Assembly: GCF_902713615.1 (NCBI RefSeq)
Contig: NC_052158.1
Coordinates: forward strand, 14,876,546 to 14,940,545
From: Scyliorhinus canicula
Taxonomy: Eukaryota
Direction: 5' to 3'
DNA: 64,000 bases
Shown here piece by piece: positions 62,220 through 64,000 of this stretch (position 1 is its first letter; each line of letters starts with the position of its first letter). The translations under genes and the position numbers were made by a program. The notes beneath the pieces were generated by a model. It did no database searches. It had not been told where the DNA came from and worked only from the letters and a program-made list of their open reading frames with translations.

Positions 62220-64000
62220 ATATTTTATTAAGGCATTTATAATTTTAACATTTTAAACAAAGAGATCCACCAAACAAACAAAAACATAAACATCTTCCCC
62301 CCAAACCTATACCCTGACTACCATGGTCCATGTAACTACTCCATCTCACAGTTCTCCATTAGTTTTCCTAACCATATTCATCACTCCCATGCCTCCCCCT
62401 CCAACCCCCGCCCAACCACCCCACTCCCATCTCCCCTGCTGATGGTCAATTTTCCTTGAAGAAGTCGCTGAACGGCTGCCACCTCCGAGCGGACCCCTGT
62501 AATGAACCCCTTAAGGCGAATTTGATTTTCTCCAGCCTAAGAAACCCGGCCATGTCGCTGACCCAAACCCCGACTTCGGAGGCTCCGAGTCTCTCCATCC
62601 CAGCAGAATCCGTCTCCGGGCCACCGGGGAGGCAAAGGCCTAAACGTCGGCCTCTCTTCCCCCCTGGGGTCCCGGATCTTCCGACACTCCAAAGCTCCCT
62701 CCCACCACCTTAAACGACATCTCCCTCAGTCTCCTCTCCTGCCCCTTTGCCTGGATTGCAAAAACTTAGCTCTGGCCCATATTCAATTTATAACCTGAGA
62801 ACTGGCCAAATTCCTCCAGTGTCTCCATAATTCCTACAATCCTCCTCAACAGGTCTGTAGTGTAAAGGAGCAAATCGCCCGCATAGGGCGAGACTCTGTG
62901 CTCCACCCCACCCCTCTTTATCAGCGGCAAACGTTCAATGTTCGCAGTGCCATTGCCAAAGGCTCTATGGCCAGGGCAAACTGTAGTGGGGAGAGTGGAC
63001 ACCCCTATCTCGTCCCCCAATACCGGCTGAAATATTCCAATCACATCCGATTCATCCTTACATTTGCCAACGGTGCCTGATATAGCAACCGACCCAATCC
63101 ACAAATCCCTGCCCAAACCCAAACCTTCCCAGGACCTCCCATAGATATTTCCACTCCACCCGATCAAAGGCCTTTTCTGCATCCATGGCCGCCACCACCT
63201 CAACCACACGTCCCGCCGCAGCATCATTATTACGTTAAGGAGCCGTCTAATGTTGGACGGCAGGTAACAAATCCCATCGGGTCCTCCCCTATTACCCCCG
63301 GAACACAGTCCTCTATCCCCGTGGTCAAGATCTTTGCCAGCAATTTTGCATCCACATTTAGCAGGGAGATTGGCCTATACGACCCACAGCTTTCCGGATC
63401 TTTATCCCGTTTCAAAACAAGGGAAATCGATGCCTGCGATAACGTCGGGGGAAGCACTCCCAATTCTTTTGACTCATTAAAAGCCTTGACCAAAAGCGGC
63501 CCCAACAGCCAGGAAACTACTTATAGAACTCCACCGGGTATCCGTCTGGCCCCCGGGCTTTGCCCGATTGCATCGCCCCCACCCCCTCTATAACCTCCCC
63601 GAGTCCAATTGGGACTCCAAGATCCTCCACCACCTCCTCATCTATCCTTGGGAACTCCAGCACCTCCCCCAAAATCACTTCATCCCCTCCTCCCCGGCTG
63701 GGGATTCCGATTTATACAATTTACTGTAAAACTCCCAAAACACATCATTCACCCCTGCTGGGTCCAGAAACCACCTTCCCTCCTGTATCCCTCACTTTCC
63801 CAATCTCTCTTGCCACCTCCTGTTTCCTCAGCTGATGGGCCAGCATCCTGCTAGCTTTTCCCCCAAATTCATACACCTCCGTTACCCTCCTCAGCTGTCC
63901 CTCCGCCTTAACCACCGACTTCAATAGTCCAATTGGACAGAGGAGGATTAGAAGAAGTGGTACACCCAATCTTTCTACAGAAGAACAGCATGGGCTTGAT
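62220..64000 (-). mobile_element. Degraded L1/Tx1-clade LINE ORF2 (RT region) and 3' end, running off the window
   Basis: Frameshifted pieces SQASISLVLKRDKDPESCGSYRPISLLNVDAKLLAKIL, YAGDLLLY, FGQFSGYKLN, EFGGKASRMLAHQLRKQ. Confidence 0.88.

Overview
Repeat-rich eukaryotic genomic DNA. The V-SINE/HE1-type SINEs, Deu-domain SINEs and CR1 LINEs point to a cartilaginous fish, probably a catshark-like genome (inference from repeat content). Two spliced genes can be rebuilt by hand on the minus strand. (1) C12orf57/GRCC10 (protein C10): 3 exons, 126 aa, with a GC-AG second intron and a first exon sandwiched between two GC-rich minisatellites. (2) A 10-exon, 305-aa type I membrane protein of the ALCAM/MCAM/BCAM/AGER immunoglobulin family spanning 17117-61565. 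It has a signal peptide, only two Ig domains (equivalent to ALCAM D2-D3 or RAGE C1-C2), a 36-nt stalk exon, a transmembrane exon and an acidic tail, i.e. a compact RAGE-like layout with no visible V domain. All of its splice phases join in frame. This gene is the most interesting element of the window. The rest is a decayed hAT transposon with a nested CR1 LINE, an L1-clade fragment, Penelope-like ends with hammerhead-ribozyme relics, solo LTRs, MITEs, about 30 SINEs and several minisatellites, which produce most of the long ORFs in the ORF track.
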